IMG/VR virus record: IMGVR_UViG_3300020048_000114 | Span: 6,437-70,436 of that record | DNA from: a virus | Taxonomy: Duplodnaviria > Caudoviricetes | DNA length: 64,000 nt | Strand: one strand, 5' to 3' | Part shown: positions 36,790 through 46,991 of the stretch, one piece after another | How positions within the stretch are numbered: the first letter of the stretch is position 1 | How the letters are laid out: each line of letters opens with the position of its first letter | Program-made: the position numbers and the translations under genes | Notes under the pieces: generated by a model | The model's input: the letters and a program-made list of their open reading frames with translations, nothing else | What the model was told of the DNA's origin: nothing | Databases searched by the model: none

Positions 36790-39738
36790 TTAGTCTGGGA
36801 GGATATTTTTCTCGTCTAACATCGAGTTTCGTTCTGTTATCACTTCTTTTTTGTTGCCGGAGAGCTTTTCTCTCATCTTTTTCAAATCGGCGGCTGTGAA
36901 CATACTTTCCAACCCGGTTGTCTCGGTCTCTCTTAAAGATGGAACTCCATTCAGACCTCCACGGACTTTATCACGTAGAGGACCATCCGACTTGCTGCCG
37001 GTTTTTTCTTTTTTACCCAATGGATTTTCTCCAAAAGGAAATTCTCTTGATTTGTTAGATTGATCCGACTCACCTTTTCTATCGGATTCACCCCTATATT
37101 CTTGAAGTCTTTCTGGTTCTTCTGCGGATAGGTCGGGTAATTCATCATCCATTCCACCACCCATGTCACTATCATCAGGCATATCCGATGGAGAACCTCC
37201 GTCATCTACAGATTGTTTTGATTTTGCTGGATCATTGCCGGCATCCTCAATTTGTTTCAGTCTATATAGAATCTTTTGGTCGTTTACAACGCCATTTCGT
37301 ATCTCTTCAATCTGTGTATCGCTTAGGCTAAACAACTCTTTATATACAAAAGTAGAACTGAACAGTTTTGATTCAGTCATATCTTTTGCGAGATTCATCT
37401 TGTCTCCCCAAATTGCAATCTTCTCCTGTTCCAATACGCTTGATGGATTGGTCAATTCAAGTTTGAAATTTACAAGAGATGCGTCTTCAAATCCTTGGAC
37501 TCTCAGGTGAACGATAGCGATCTTATTGAGTTCACTGATGATGATTCGTTGAATTCTATTAATTGTTTTTGAGAAACGAACGTCTTCCTGCGCCAAAGTT
37601 GACTTACCAGACAAGGTTTCGTCGTAACCCAAGAATGCCTTTGGAATTTTCAAAGCCGACATCAGCTTGTTACGGAGGTATTCGATATCCTCTGTTCCTG
37701 TGAATTCCATACCACTTAACGTGTCGATGGATGTTCCTGAGTCTCCACCACGGACCGGCAAGTAGAAGTCCTCGACCATGTTCATAAGGTTGAACTTCAA
37801 ATTATAGTCACCGGTTCTCTCGTCAATATAAGGAACCTTCTTCATACGAGAAATCAACTTCTCCATATGTCCATCAACCTCGGAAGGGGCGATGTTACCA
37901 ACGTCTATCTTGAAAATTCTCTTTTCAGGAGCTCTCATGATACGGTGGATTAACATTGCGTCTTCCATCAACGACAACTGTTTCCATACACGTCTTGCAC
38001 CTTCCAACATCGACTTACCATACGGCAAGAAATTGGAATCGCTCAACAGTCTAAAGTGTGCAACTTCAAAGTTTTCATATTCTTGTCCACCTCTCGAACC
38101 GTCATGTTGGAATTTTGTATATGCACGATTGTTCTCATCGGTTCCTTCAACACGGGTAACTTCATATGCAGATAACGGGTGAACATTATAAACACCATAT
38201 TCAGGAGAGATTTCCATTAACAGGAAAAAGTCTCCATATTTGACCATGTTTCTCGTCCAACTCCAAAGATTAAACTCAACATTCAGAATATCATAGAACA
38301 AATTTTCAAGAATTTTCTTAATGTTTTCATCATCGGATGAAACCGTCAAAACTTTTCCAAGTTCACTTTTTGTCAAACACTCATCGGCATAGATATCAAG
38401 AGCAGATGAAAGAATTGGGTCCATGTCCATCGTGTTGTGAATAAACACACTGTCCGTTGCAAAGTTTTGAAAATGTTCGACAGTCACATCGTAAACATCA
38501 GCTTCTCCAACATATTCAATTGATTTTATTTTGTGATTTAATGTCTGTTCGATTCCAGATTTAAATTCTTTCCAATTTATATTTTCAGACTTTAATCTAT
38601 TTTGTATAACGGAATAGTCACACCCAATATAATCAACCAAGTCCCAAATTTTCAACTTTCCTGTATTTTTGAATAATTCGTAAGACTTTTCTTCAATTTT
38701 TTCAATTGTTAAATCGTTTCTATAGTTTGGATTATTTGTGTTGGATATATCTCTATCAACAAAAGCCAATTTTAAAGAATCGGATCGTTTTTCATTCGAT
38801 TCAAATGTGTGAGATTTTCCATAAAATGGATTATTTTTTCCGGAACGTCTCCCGTTCCACTTATTTATTTTTCTATTTATATAGTTCGGATGCGATTTTA
38901 GTTTATTTAACTGATTATCGTAGTTCTCTTCACCCCACAATACATTTTTACTGTGTGTAGAATGTAATTTATAATGATCTTTATATTCCATTGGAATGAG
39001 GTTGTCGGGAGAATTATCCGATCCGACGAAGTTCTTGTGGTGAATAACTTTTCCTCCAATATCTCCATGAAATTGTTCAGCAATAATTCTGTGTTCTTTT
39101 TGCCATCCTTTTGAGAAGTTATACAACTGTTTATATCTTTTAAATCCGTGGTTTTTATATCCATATTCGGATCGATAAAATGGCATGACAGATTCACCAA
39201 CAACAATATCTTGAAGTTTTTTATATTCTCCATTTCTCATCAAAAATGGATGTCCGGCACTTCCAATGATGGATTGATCATTATCAAATGTAACTTTCCA
39301 ACATTTTCTAACACCTTTCTTCCTTGGGTGATATGCGTTACCCAGTTTTATTGAATCTGATTCATGATCATAAGAAAATACGTGGAATCTTTTCTGTGGA
39401 GAATCTTTATATTTTTCCGTGAGCTCTTTTATTGTTGGTTGAGAACCATCCGGAAGAGGAATTATGGTATCCTCGCCTATACAGTCATAATCCCTAAACA
39501 ATTCCAATCTTGCGGATTGGTATGACATCGACATATCACGATTGTGTAAATTGTAGGTGCTCGATCTTAGACGATTGAAACGGTCACGTAGGGAATTTCT
39601 GTCAGTTCCCATCTGAGCCATATCAGTGTCAATCAGTTTTAACTTTTTTCCGCCAACGTTTCTTATGATGACATCATTGCTGAAAAGCTTTTTTAACTTT
39701 TTAAATATTGTTGCTCTATGTTCGATTTCTGTGTTCAT
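36790..39738 (-). CDS. Portal protein (T4 gp20-like) containing an intein
   Basis: ALDIYADE, MVKYGDFF, EVAHFRL, QLSLMEDAMLIHRIMRAPEKRIFKIDVGN, EDFYLPVRGG...IDTLSG, ALKIPKAFL. Confidence 0.95.
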   Translation of the reverse strand: MNTEIEHRATIFKKLKKLFSNDVIIRNVGGKKLKLIDTDMAQMGTDRNSLRDRFNRLRSSTYNLHNRDMSMSYQSARLELFRDYDCIGEDTIIPLPDGSQPTIKELTEKYKDSPQKRFHVFSYDHESDSIKLGNAYHPRKKGVRKCWKVTFDNDQSIIGSAGHPFLMRNGEYKKLQDIVVGESVMPFYRSEYGYKNHGFKRYKQLYNFSKGWQKEHRIIAEQFHGDIGGKVIHHKNFVGSDNSPDNLIPMEYKDHYKLHSTHSKNVLWGEENYDNQLNKLKSHPNYINRKINKWNGRRSGKNNPFYGKSHTFESNEKRSDSLKLAFVDRDISNTNNPNYRNDLTIEKIEEKSYELFKNTGKLKIWDLVDYIGCDYSVIQNRLKSENINWKEFKSGIEQTLNHKIKSIEYVGEADVYDVTVEHFQNFATDSVFIHNTMDMDPILSSALDIYADECLTKSELGKVLTVSSDDENIKKILENLFYDILNVEFNLWSWTRNMVKYGDFFLLMEISPEYGVYNVHPLSAYEVTRVEGTDENNRAYTKFQHDGSRGGQEYENFEVAHFRLLSDSNFLPYGKSMLEGARRVWKQLSLMEDAMLIHRIMRAPEKRIFKIDVGNIAPSEVDGHMEKLISRMKKVPYIDERTGDYNLKFNLMNMVEDFYLPVRGGDSGTSIDTLSGMEFTGTEDIEYLRNKLMSALKIPKAFLGYDETLSGKSTLAQEDVRFSKTINRIQRIIISELNKIAIVHLRVQGFEDASLVNFKLELTNPSSVLEQEKIAIWGDKMNLAKDMTESKLFSSTFVYKELFSLSDTQIEEIRNGVVNDQKILYRLKQIEDAGNDPAKSKQSVDDGGSPSDMPDDSDMGGGMDDELPDLSAEEPERLQEYRGESDRKGESDQSNKSREFPFGENPLGKKEKTGSKSDGPLRDKVRGGLNGVPSLRETETTGLESMFTAADLKKMREKLSGNKKEVITERNSMLDEKNILPD
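38434..39483 (-). mobile_element. Cis intein (350 aa) with an HNH endonuclease, in portal
   Basis: YD|CIGEDT ... VYDVTVEHFQNFATDSVFIHN|TMD; internal IHHKNFVGSDNSPDNL. Confidence 0.92.
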
Positions 39739-39789
39739 CTATGTTATTTGTTTATATAAATATTGATTTGTTATTACATTAAACAATAT

Positions 39790-41262
39790 TTATCGTATTA
39801 GCCATGTTAAATCCTCTGATCGGTTTCCGATTTGGATGTTCCAGGGGTCTTTTGCGGGCATGTTTGCCGTTCTATAAACTCCACCAAATCCTTGTGGAGG
39901 TGTTCCATTTTCGCCGTTTGCGGTTGAACTTCCTATACCATTCAACATAGCCTTATTGAGTTCAATTGATTGAGTTCTGAGGCGTAGAGCTGTGTCACGA
40001 ATCCATAGGGCGGTTCCGTAAGACATTACAATATCGTCATTATATCCACTTGCGGCCTCTGCCTTTGATCCTTTCCAAATGAAAGTTTTTAACTGCTCTA
40101 TCAATCTTGTGGAATTTATCTTTGCCTCTTTTTGGTGCATCGACAATTCAAACTTTGAAATAATAAGCGGCCTCGACTTTCCACTCATTGTGAATCCAGG
40201 AACCATTCGTTTTTCTTGAGCACCTATTTTGTTCGTCATCTGTGCGTCAACATCCACATATAATAATTCAGATGAAGTGTAAAATAGATTTTCATATCCC
40301 AAGTCTATTACCTCTTGAAGGGTTGCCCACCCAATATTTGCGTTTTCTATAACCAACAAAGCTGAATTGTATTCGGTGGCAACCGCAACCAAAAATCTGC
40401 CATATTCCTTTGTTGACATTTTACCTTCATATTCAGCCACCTGTTCCAACGTCTCCAAATCTAATATATGAAACGCATTGAAGTCGGTTCCGTCGCCACG
40501 AGCAACGTCTGCCACAACCATATATGATCTATTAGACAGTGCGTATTCCCAAATCCAAAATTCTTGGCCAGCACGTCTCTTTTCAATTGGGTCTTTTGTC
40601 AGCCTCTCATAATATGAAATGTCTTCTGCCTTGATCACGGTGTTACCCGATGATGAAAAATCCGTGTCGCATTCCTGGGCGGATTGTCTGACTCCTAGAT
40701 TTTTTGTCTGTTCATCTCTCCAAGTCTGGTCTCTCTCCGGGTGTAGATTCCATTTTAGTCGAATCGTGTTGAACCCGTTTTTTCCAGCATCTGCATCAAC
40801 CCATGTTTTGTGAAACCAATTTCCACTGCCGTTCGGCGTCGAGAGGACCACACATTGTCCGCCTGTGCTAAGGGTTGGCTGTGCAGCCATCCAGATATCT
40901 TCTGCGTATTCCATGAACGCACAATTGCTTGATAAGATGCCATCTGTGTAATATCTCGATTTTTTTTCAACACTCAGCGCGTCATACAGTTTTATTTTTT
41001 TATTTACTTTTCTATTACTTTTAACAGAAATAACCCCCACATCCGATTCGATTAACGTGCCTCTTTTTGCATCCTTTGCATATATGAATGAATCTGAAGA
41101 TGTTGCCCCCAATTTATGATTCTCTGAACACTTTAATACAACTCCGTTGGAAAATTTAATTTGTCTATAACTTTCCTTTTCCACACATGAAACCCCAACA
41201 AAATCACTCCACCCATCGGGGGTTAATATCTCGAAATTATTTATTTGTTTGTTGTCTTTCAT
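39790..41262 (-). CDS. terL: Terminase large subunit, C-terminal part, fused to a 113-aa C-intein (IntC 40924-41262)
   Basis: IntC has CSENH and ends LYDALSVEKKSRYYTDGILSSN|CAF. It is followed by LSTPNG, ADVARGDG.D, LVIENANIG, NDDIVMS. Confidence 0.92.
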   Translation of the reverse strand: MKDNKQINNFEILTPDGWSDFVGVSCVEKESYRQIKFSNGVVLKCSENHKLGATSSDSFIYAKDAKRGTLIESDVGVISVKSNRKVNKKIKLYDALSVEKKSRYYTDGILSSNCAFMEYAEDIWMAAQPTLSTGGQCVVLSTPNGSGNWFHKTWVDADAGKNGFNTIRLKWNLHPERDQTWRDEQTKNLGVRQSAQECDTDFSSSGNTVIKAEDISYYERLTKDPIEKRRAGQEFWIWEYALSNRSYMVVADVARGDGTDFNAFHILDLETLEQVAEYEGKMSTKEYGRFLVAVATEYNSALLVIENANIGWATLQEVIDLGYENLFYTSSELLYVDVDAQMTNKIGAQEKRMVPGFTMSGKSRPLIISKFELSMHQKEAKINSTRLIEQLKTFIWKGSKAEAASGYNDDIVMSYGTALWIRDTALRLRTQSIELNKAMLNGIGSSTANGENGTPPQGFGGVYRTANMPAKDPWNIQIGNRSEDLTWLIR

Positions 41263-42362
41263 TTCAGCTTTTTAATTGTGTTTTCCAAGTATGGATGATT
41301 TGATAAATCTATTCGGTTAACATTTGATTTTATCCAATCCTCATCAATGCAGATATAATCATAATTATTTTTCTTACACCAATCCATTGCAGATAATTCT
41401 TTTAATGAATTATCAATTTTCAACTTTAAACTTTTTGGTTTGATTTCAAATATCTTTTTATTTTTTACATCATGAAAATCAACAATGTATATTTTGTCAT
41501 TTCCTGCGTGGTCTATATATGGTATCCGAATGTCCTCATATGTTGTATGTTGATTTAATACCCAAAATATAGCTTCCCACCAACTTCTAAATTTTTTGAT
41601 TTCTCCAGATTCCAATTTTATATATGATTTCCATCGAGTCCAAGAATTTGTTATACAAGGTGTGAATGAACCATCCAATATTTTTTTCTTCATTAATATC
41701 GATAATTTTTTTGAGGCTTCTTCATATGAACATTTGTATTTCTCGTGTAAGTTTCCAGATTTCCAAGTTTCTTTATTTGTGTCACTTATTCGTTTTTTTG
41801 TGTCGGCACTATGCCAGGGTTTACCATTCAAACCAATCTTTCGGTTATTTATTCGTTTCTGTATAGTTTCGTTTGATATTCTAGATGATGCGTCAGATAT
41901 TTGTTTTTTTATTTTTTCACATTTTTCTTTTTCGTAAAGTTCAAATATAGATTTCCCTCTAATTTCAGATCCTCTTTTTTTTGAAGATTTTATCAGTTCT
42001 ATGCATGATCGTTTTTTATCTTCATCCGACATATTTTTGTATCGCATGTCCATCATTTTTTTTGTGTGTTTTGATTTGCACTCAAATGAGTTACAATGTT
42101 TTGATAGGTTAACTTTGTATGGATTAAATTTTAATATATTTTTATTACAGTGTGGACATAACATTGGTTCGGATAAATTATTTTCTATATAGAATATTCT
42201 CTCTCTGATGGATGTATCTGGAACAAGAAATGATGTGTCCGACAAAATCATGTCATATATATGAATTAAATTGTGTTTTATATACCAATCTTTTTTACAT
42301 GATTTGTGTATAAGTTTTTTATCAACAAAAACATTTGACATGATTTTTTCTCTATTTTCCAT
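41259..42362 (-). mobile_element. Free-standing TnsA-like PD-(D/E)XK homing endonuclease between the terminase halves
   Basis: CPHC..CNSFEC, NUMOD3-like HSADTKKRIS, FRSWWE...YEDIRIPY...YIVDF...IFEIKP. Its stop overlaps the IntC ATG. Confidence 0.78.
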
Positions 42363-42387
42363 ATAACTTCTATATAGTCTATAAATA

Positions 42388-42969
42388 TCAACTATATTCT
42401 GTATTATTGAATAAATCTTCTATTTTTATTTTTTTTATTTCCCCCGTTGTTTTATTTCTTATGGATACCATTGCATCACCGGATACACATTCGTCCATAA
42501 TAAGAAGTGAAATAGCTCCAGAACGTGCAGAGTCTTTAGACGATGACACAGATTTTACCTGCGAACCGTTCTTCAATCGAAGAGATAATCTATTGTCTTC
42601 GGTTGCTTGAACTCTCAACCAACTTGGAAGATTATCGTTTGCAAATCTAACTTTTGTGACAACTTCTTTTGCAGCATCTTGAGTTTTGGATATAATCAGA
42701 CAGTTTTTGTCCGAGTGAAATATCATTAACCATAATATGTATGCTGCGCATAAAGTTGATATCCCCATTTGTCTCGACTTGAGAACGATATTTTTACTAT
42801 TGGACTGAAATTCTTGAAGTGCTTCTTCTTGGTATGGAAATAATTTAAATAGAATTCTTCCGCGAGTTGGGTGTTGGATCATTACATACTTTTTTATGAA
42901 GTATGTTGCGCTCAACGAACACTTTTTATATTCGTTCTTGATTACATCTCTGATTTCAGCGTTAGACAT
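42388..42969 (-). CDS. terL: Terminase large subunit, N-terminal ATPase part, ending in a 33-aa N-intein (IntN 42391-42489)
   Basis: YFIKKYVMIQHP, LFPYQ, LKSRQMGIST (Walker A), LLIMDE|CVSGDAMVSI...KIEDLF*. Start refined to 42969. Confidence 0.92.
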   Translation of the reverse strand: MSNAEIRDVIKNEYKKCSLSATYFIKKYVMIQHPTRGRILFKLFPYQEEALQEFQSNSKNIVLKSRQMGISTLCAAYILWLMIFHSDKNCLIISKTQDAAKEVVTKVRFANDNLPSWLRVQATEDNRLSLRLKNGSQVKSVSSSKDSARSGAISLLIMDECVSGDAMVSIRNKTTGEIKKIKIEDLFNNTEYS

Positions 42970-42970
42970 A

Positions 42971-43666
42971 TTATACGTTTTCCACCGGAACGAAGTTGAA
43001 TTTTTTCGAAACGTCTGTATCAAATTCAGGCAGAGATTTTAATTCGTCCTCTATCAATTTTAAAGATTTACAGCATTCTTTGTAATCGGATAGAATATTC
43101 TGCATCAGTTCTATTCTCGATTCATTTGCCCATTCTTCAACATGTCCGTTTGAATTTACAAATTTAATAACACTCTGGCCTTTTGTATATTTATAACTTT
43201 CTCTGAGATTTTTTCTCATGTCTTCTACATAAGACAATTGATTTTGAAGAATTTTCTTTTTTTCATAGTCTGCAAATTTGCCAAGGATTCTCAATTCCGT
43301 CTCATACTCGGTAACACAGTTGAAACACATTCCTGTTTTATTCAACATCTTCTCATCCAGAGGGTTGTTACTCCATCTAAAATCACCCCCACATCTTTTG
43401 CACGTCCACTTCTTATTGATTTCCTGTTTAATTAAATCTGCTTTTGGGTTGTGACTTCTAACTCCATATTCTGTTTTTATCCAAGACTTTCCCTTTGCAT
43501 CTTCCCATACGTCTCCAACTTTTCTTGTTTCTGTTGGGGCTTCGTATCCGACCTGTGTGAATGGTCTTATTCCCGCCTGCATATCCTTAACAATGTCAAT
43601 ATTGGATTTTCCCTTGGCTTTCTTCATAATTGTAATAGTATCTATATATATGAACCATTTGGACAA
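42971..43666 (-). CDS. Hypothetical Zn-ribbon protein directly upstream of terL
   Basis: CKRC...CFNC; true start may be MKKAKGK further in. Confidence 0.65.
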   Translation of the reverse strand: MSKWFIYIDTITIMKKAKGKSNIDIVKDMQAGIRPFTQVGYEAPTETRKVGDVWEDAKGKSWIKTEYGVRSHNPKADLIKQEINKKWTCKRCGGDFRWSNNPLDEKMLNKTGMCFNCVTEYETELRILGKFADYEKKKILQNQLSYVEDMRKNLRESYKYTKGQSVIKFVNSNGHVEEWANESRIELMQNILSDYKECCKSLKLIEDELKSLPEFDTDVSKKFNFVPVENV

Positions 43667-43678
43667 AAGTCATATATA

Positions 43679-44977
43679 TCAGTGATTTTCCTCGACGTTT
43701 AGAAGTGAATTTAACTTTGCAACGGTCATTCCAAGTTTATTGGCAATTTCTGCTCTTTTATTATAGGGAGTGTCTTTATCAAACGTTTTAAGAATGTTTT
43801 TCAGAACTGGATCAATGACATGTTTTACATTTTTAAATCTGTCTCCTATATTGGTTGGATTTGAAGTTGTTCTTCCTGTTATTAGGGTGTTTGTTTCATC
43901 AAATGTATATGGCTTTTTATCTTTGTTTTTTTCATACACATCCGAATCATCCGTTTCTTCAATCGCATCATCATAAACATAATCCCTTGGATTTCCAAAT
44001 CTGGACACCATGGATGTTAGGAGCTTAAAATCACCTGGAGTCAATTCATCGAAAGATTCTTTCCATATAGATACAATGTTATGTTCATCCCATAAACGAC
44101 CTGTCAATCTTCCCAAATCTCGACCATTTTTTTGATAATTGTATCTGTCTTTATTATATTGGTTTATTTGTTTCAGGGCCTCTTTCAAATCACCTTCTAT
44201 CGACATTCCATGAATTTCATATTTCTTGGAATCCATATCAACCTCTCCCATTAAACAATCATCTCTAAACAATTGAAATACATTTGTTAACTGAGAGTGT
44301 GTTCTTTTTCTCGCCCATACTCTAAAGTCTTTAAATAATATGAATACAACTGTATCACTCGATTGCCACGTTAAACTGGTTGTTTTTGGTTGATCTGGAG
44401 ATTCTTTTAATATTTTATTTTTGAATTTTTCCGTCAAAACCTTGTATAGATATTCATCGAAGAAACCAAAAATCTTTTTGAAAGCCACCATATTTGTGTC
44501 TTTTGACATTGGAATCTTACCTAAAAAATCTATAACTTGATTGTCTGTTATACTCGATCCTGACAATTCAACTGGCAGATTTGGGGTTGCCAGTTTCGCA
44601 GGCAACTGTGGAATTGTCATATAATATGACTGTCCAGGAACAGGAGTTTTTGTGTAGGGTCTTATATTTTTTGGAATCAACCGAACGTTTTCTTTTGTTG
44701 TTATCCAGACAACTACAGCTTCCTGTGGATTGAATTTAGACGGAAGTTTTATTTGAGAAAACAATCGTTGCGATTTTATAACATTTCCGGAGTCGATTCC
44801 CATAGAAGCAAATATCGATTGTTTTTCATCAAATGATAGTGGTCCTGTTGTATTGTCTGCCGCTATGAAACAATTATCAATACCATATCTCTTGGTTAAT
44901 AAATCCCATATTACTTTTTTACCCAAATGAGGTGGTTGAAACGTATCGGTGTAGATGTATATTGTTTTGAGAGACAT
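43679..44977 (-). CDS. Two-domain protein; N-terminal degenerate cytidylyltransferase-like (HxGH-like) domain
   Basis: TFQPPHLGK resembles FQPxHxGH, with PLSFDEK..IF. ILKE|S junction before the second domain. Confidence 0.5.
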   Translation of the reverse strand: MSLKTIYIYTDTFQPPHLGKKVIWDLLTKRYGIDNCFIAADNTTGPLSFDEKQSIFASMGIDSGNVIKSQRLFSQIKLPSKFNPQEAVVVWITTKENVRLIPKNIRPYTKTPVPGQSYYMTIPQLPAKLATPNLPVELSGSSITDNQVIDFLGKIPMSKDTNMVAFKKIFGFFDEYLYKVLTEKFKNKILKESPDQPKTTSLTWQSSDTVVFILFKDFRVWARKRTHSQLTNVFQLFRDDCLMGEVDMDSKKYEIHGMSIEGDLKEALKQINQYNKDRYNYQKNGRDLGRLTGRLWDEHNIVSIWKESFDELTPGDFKLLTSMVSRFGNPRDYVYDDAIEETDDSDVYEKNKDKKPYTFDETNTLITGRTTSNPTNIGDRFKNVKHVIDPVLKNILKTFDKDTPYNKRAEIANKLGMTVAKLNSLLNVEENH

Positions 44978-45000
44978 AGAAATTCGCTAAATATATAAAT

Positions 45001-45417
45001 ATGAAGCAAAGCAATCCGCCTCCAAAAAACATTACTTTTTATATAGTTATTTCATATTTATCAATAATGGATTTCAATTTGGACAACATGACACAGTTTA
45101 ATCTTATGCGTAATGGCGGACAGATTAAACCATGCGATCCAGCACCAAATGGATTTGATCCAGCGAAAATATTTATGGATAGAAAAAAACTTCAATCCGA
45201 TGGTCCTGGATTCAATCCTACATATCAACCTGATATACAGAGTTTCGATCCAAAGGACGTTGAAGAACTTGAAGAGTTTTGCAAATCCCGTGGAATAATC
45301 GGAGTTAATTTCGGAAGGATGAATCCACGAGAAGTTTTGAATATGTTGAAAAAGAAAACTGGAATACCAACTGAATCAAAACAATACACGACACAGAAAA
45401 CTCTTTTACATGGATAA
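45001..45417 (+). CDS. Hypothetical protein (likely start ATG 45067)
   Basis: ORF overlapping the start of the next gene. Confidence 0.6.
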   Translation: MKQSNPPPKNITFYIVISYLSIMDFNLDNMTQFNLMRNGGQIKPCDPAPNGFDPAKIFMDRKKLQSDGPGFNPTYQPDIQSFDPKDVEELEEFCKSRGIIGVNFGRMNPREVLNMLKKKTGIPTESKQYTTQKTLLHG

Positions 45418-46621
45418 TCCCTACAAAAAATTTACCCAATTTCTTCTAAATGAAGACTTTAAAGACTGTGTTATGGCTGAGATACCTGTTGAAAATGATG
45501 TATCGTCGGAAGACCCATATCCAATACTTCCACAAATATTATCTTTTATAGAGACGATTCCGGACGATATCTTATACACAGAAGAAAAAGATCATGGAAA
45601 AGAGACATGGCCACATATAACAATGTTATATGGTCTCGAAGACGATCAATCCGAAGAGGTCGAAGAGTTGTTGAAAGGTATGGAGGGAAAGATACAAGCC
45701 ACTTTAGGCAAGGTCACAAAATTCAGGAATGAAGTATTTGATGTTCTAAAAATAGAGGTAAATAGTCCAGACCTGACAAAGATAAATGCGATCTTAAAAA
45801 CTCTCCCCAACAAAAATACATATCCGACTTACATTCCACATGTCACTCTTGCATATGTAAAACCAGGAGAAGGCGAAGAGTTTGTCGGTGATGACACGTT
45901 TGAAGGAATCGTCGTGTCAATAGATAAAATAGTGTATGCAGACAAAGACAGAAATCACAAAAAGGTTCTCGGAGAGAATTCAGGATGGGGTGGTGGTGGA
46001 GCTGGATATGGTGGTGCAGTTGGAGGCTCTATATCAGCTGCTGGATGGGCTGGGACTTTCAATGGAACCAAACAGAACATAAACAAGTTTGGAAAGAGTA
46101 GCAGACACACCTCACATGATATAGAAAACTCTCCTGTAACAGGAACAGAGGGAAGTAGAAGTATGCCCCAAAGTGGCAATATTGTGTTGGGATGGGCACC
46201 TTATGATTCTATAAAAGCAGAGGATTTAAACGTCCCCGGAATGGATAAGGACGAGTTGTATTTGGGAATCAAGACCGAACTTTCAAGACAGGTTAAACCC
46301 GACAAAAATCAAGCCAAACAAATTGCAATCGATAACATTGGATTGGAACCAAAATTTTATTCAGGATTAAAAATGTATATGCCAGAACAAAAAATAACAC
46401 ACGAACAAAAAATCAAAGCCGTTGGGGATATCATAAAAGAACTACAGGCACAACGTAATGGAGTTTCATCCGCTGTTAACAACCCGGCAAATCAAATGAT
46501 ACAATCTGCGATAAAAGAAAGAGTTGCAGGTAGATCAATAGAATCTATTTCCGAAATCATGAGGGACATGTATAAAACAGAGATGGAAAAACCAAAGAAA
46601 ACTTTAAAAGATATAAAATAA
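45410..46621 (+). CDS. 2H phosphoesterase (2'-5' RNA ligase/T4 gp57B-Acb1-like fold) fused to a Gly-rich linker and a helical C-domain
   Basis: Two HxT motifs: PHITMLYG and PHVTLAY. Confidence 0.8.
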   Translation: MDNPYKKFTQFLLNEDFKDCVMAEIPVENDVSSEDPYPILPQILSFIETIPDDILYTEEKDHGKETWPHITMLYGLEDDQSEEVEELLKGMEGKIQATLGKVTKFRNEVFDVLKIEVNSPDLTKINAILKTLPNKNTYPTYIPHVTLAYVKPGEGEEFVGDDTFEGIVVSIDKIVYADKDRNHKKVLGENSGWGGGGAGYGGAVGGSISAAGWAGTFNGTKQNINKFGKSSRHTSHDIENSPVTGTEGSRSMPQSGNIVLGWAPYDSIKAEDLNVPGMDKDELYLGIKTELSRQVKPDKNQAKQIAIDNIGLEPKFYSGLKMYMPEQKITHEQKIKAVGDIIKELQAQRNGVSSAVNNPANQMIQSAIKERVAGRSIESISEIMRDMYKTEMEKPKKTLKDIK

Positions 46622-46625
46622 CATC

Positions 46626-46988
46626 ATGCACTTCAAAAACTTCTACGCAGAATTGAAATCAATAAACAAACAACAATCTATAACAGAAGACTGTTGGTGG
46701 GGCGAACAGACTCCAAAGGAAGAACTCGCGGACGAAAAACCATCCCTTTCTTCTTTAATACGAATCGGAGACAGACCATCTGTAATCATCATTGAGCCCG
46801 ATGTTGAGGTCGGTAATGAAGGTGGATCGATTGAAGATACACCAAAAAATCCGGTCATATCCGCAACCAACGATCCTACACCAAATGATATAAATGCACA
46901 GCCTGTTCAACCACAAGTCACCGATGCGGATATGGTTGAGTTAAGAGAAAGATGGGCCCGTGCATCAGGAATAAAAGAAACGAGGTAA
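46626..46988 (+). CDS. Hypothetical protein (MHFKNFYAE leader)
   Basis: Ends RWARASGIK, similar to the scaffold C-terminus RFQKLAGIK. Confidence 0.6.
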   Translation: MHFKNFYAELKSINKQQSITEDCWWGEQTPKEELADEKPSLSSLIRIGDRPSVIIIEPDVEVGNEGGSIEDTPKNPVISATNDPTPNDINAQPVQPQVTDADMVELRERWARASGIKETR

Positions 46989-46991
46989 ATT

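Noticed and set aside
41259-42390. Group I intron interrupting terL instead of a split intein
   Set aside because: Only 25 nt separate the IntN stop from the endonuclease start, and the 3' side is an ATGA overlap. There is no room for a ribozyme core, and both halves have their own stop and start.
42971-43666. Terminase small subunit call
   Set aside because: Only its position supports this; no recognisable TerS motif, so it is left as hypothetical.
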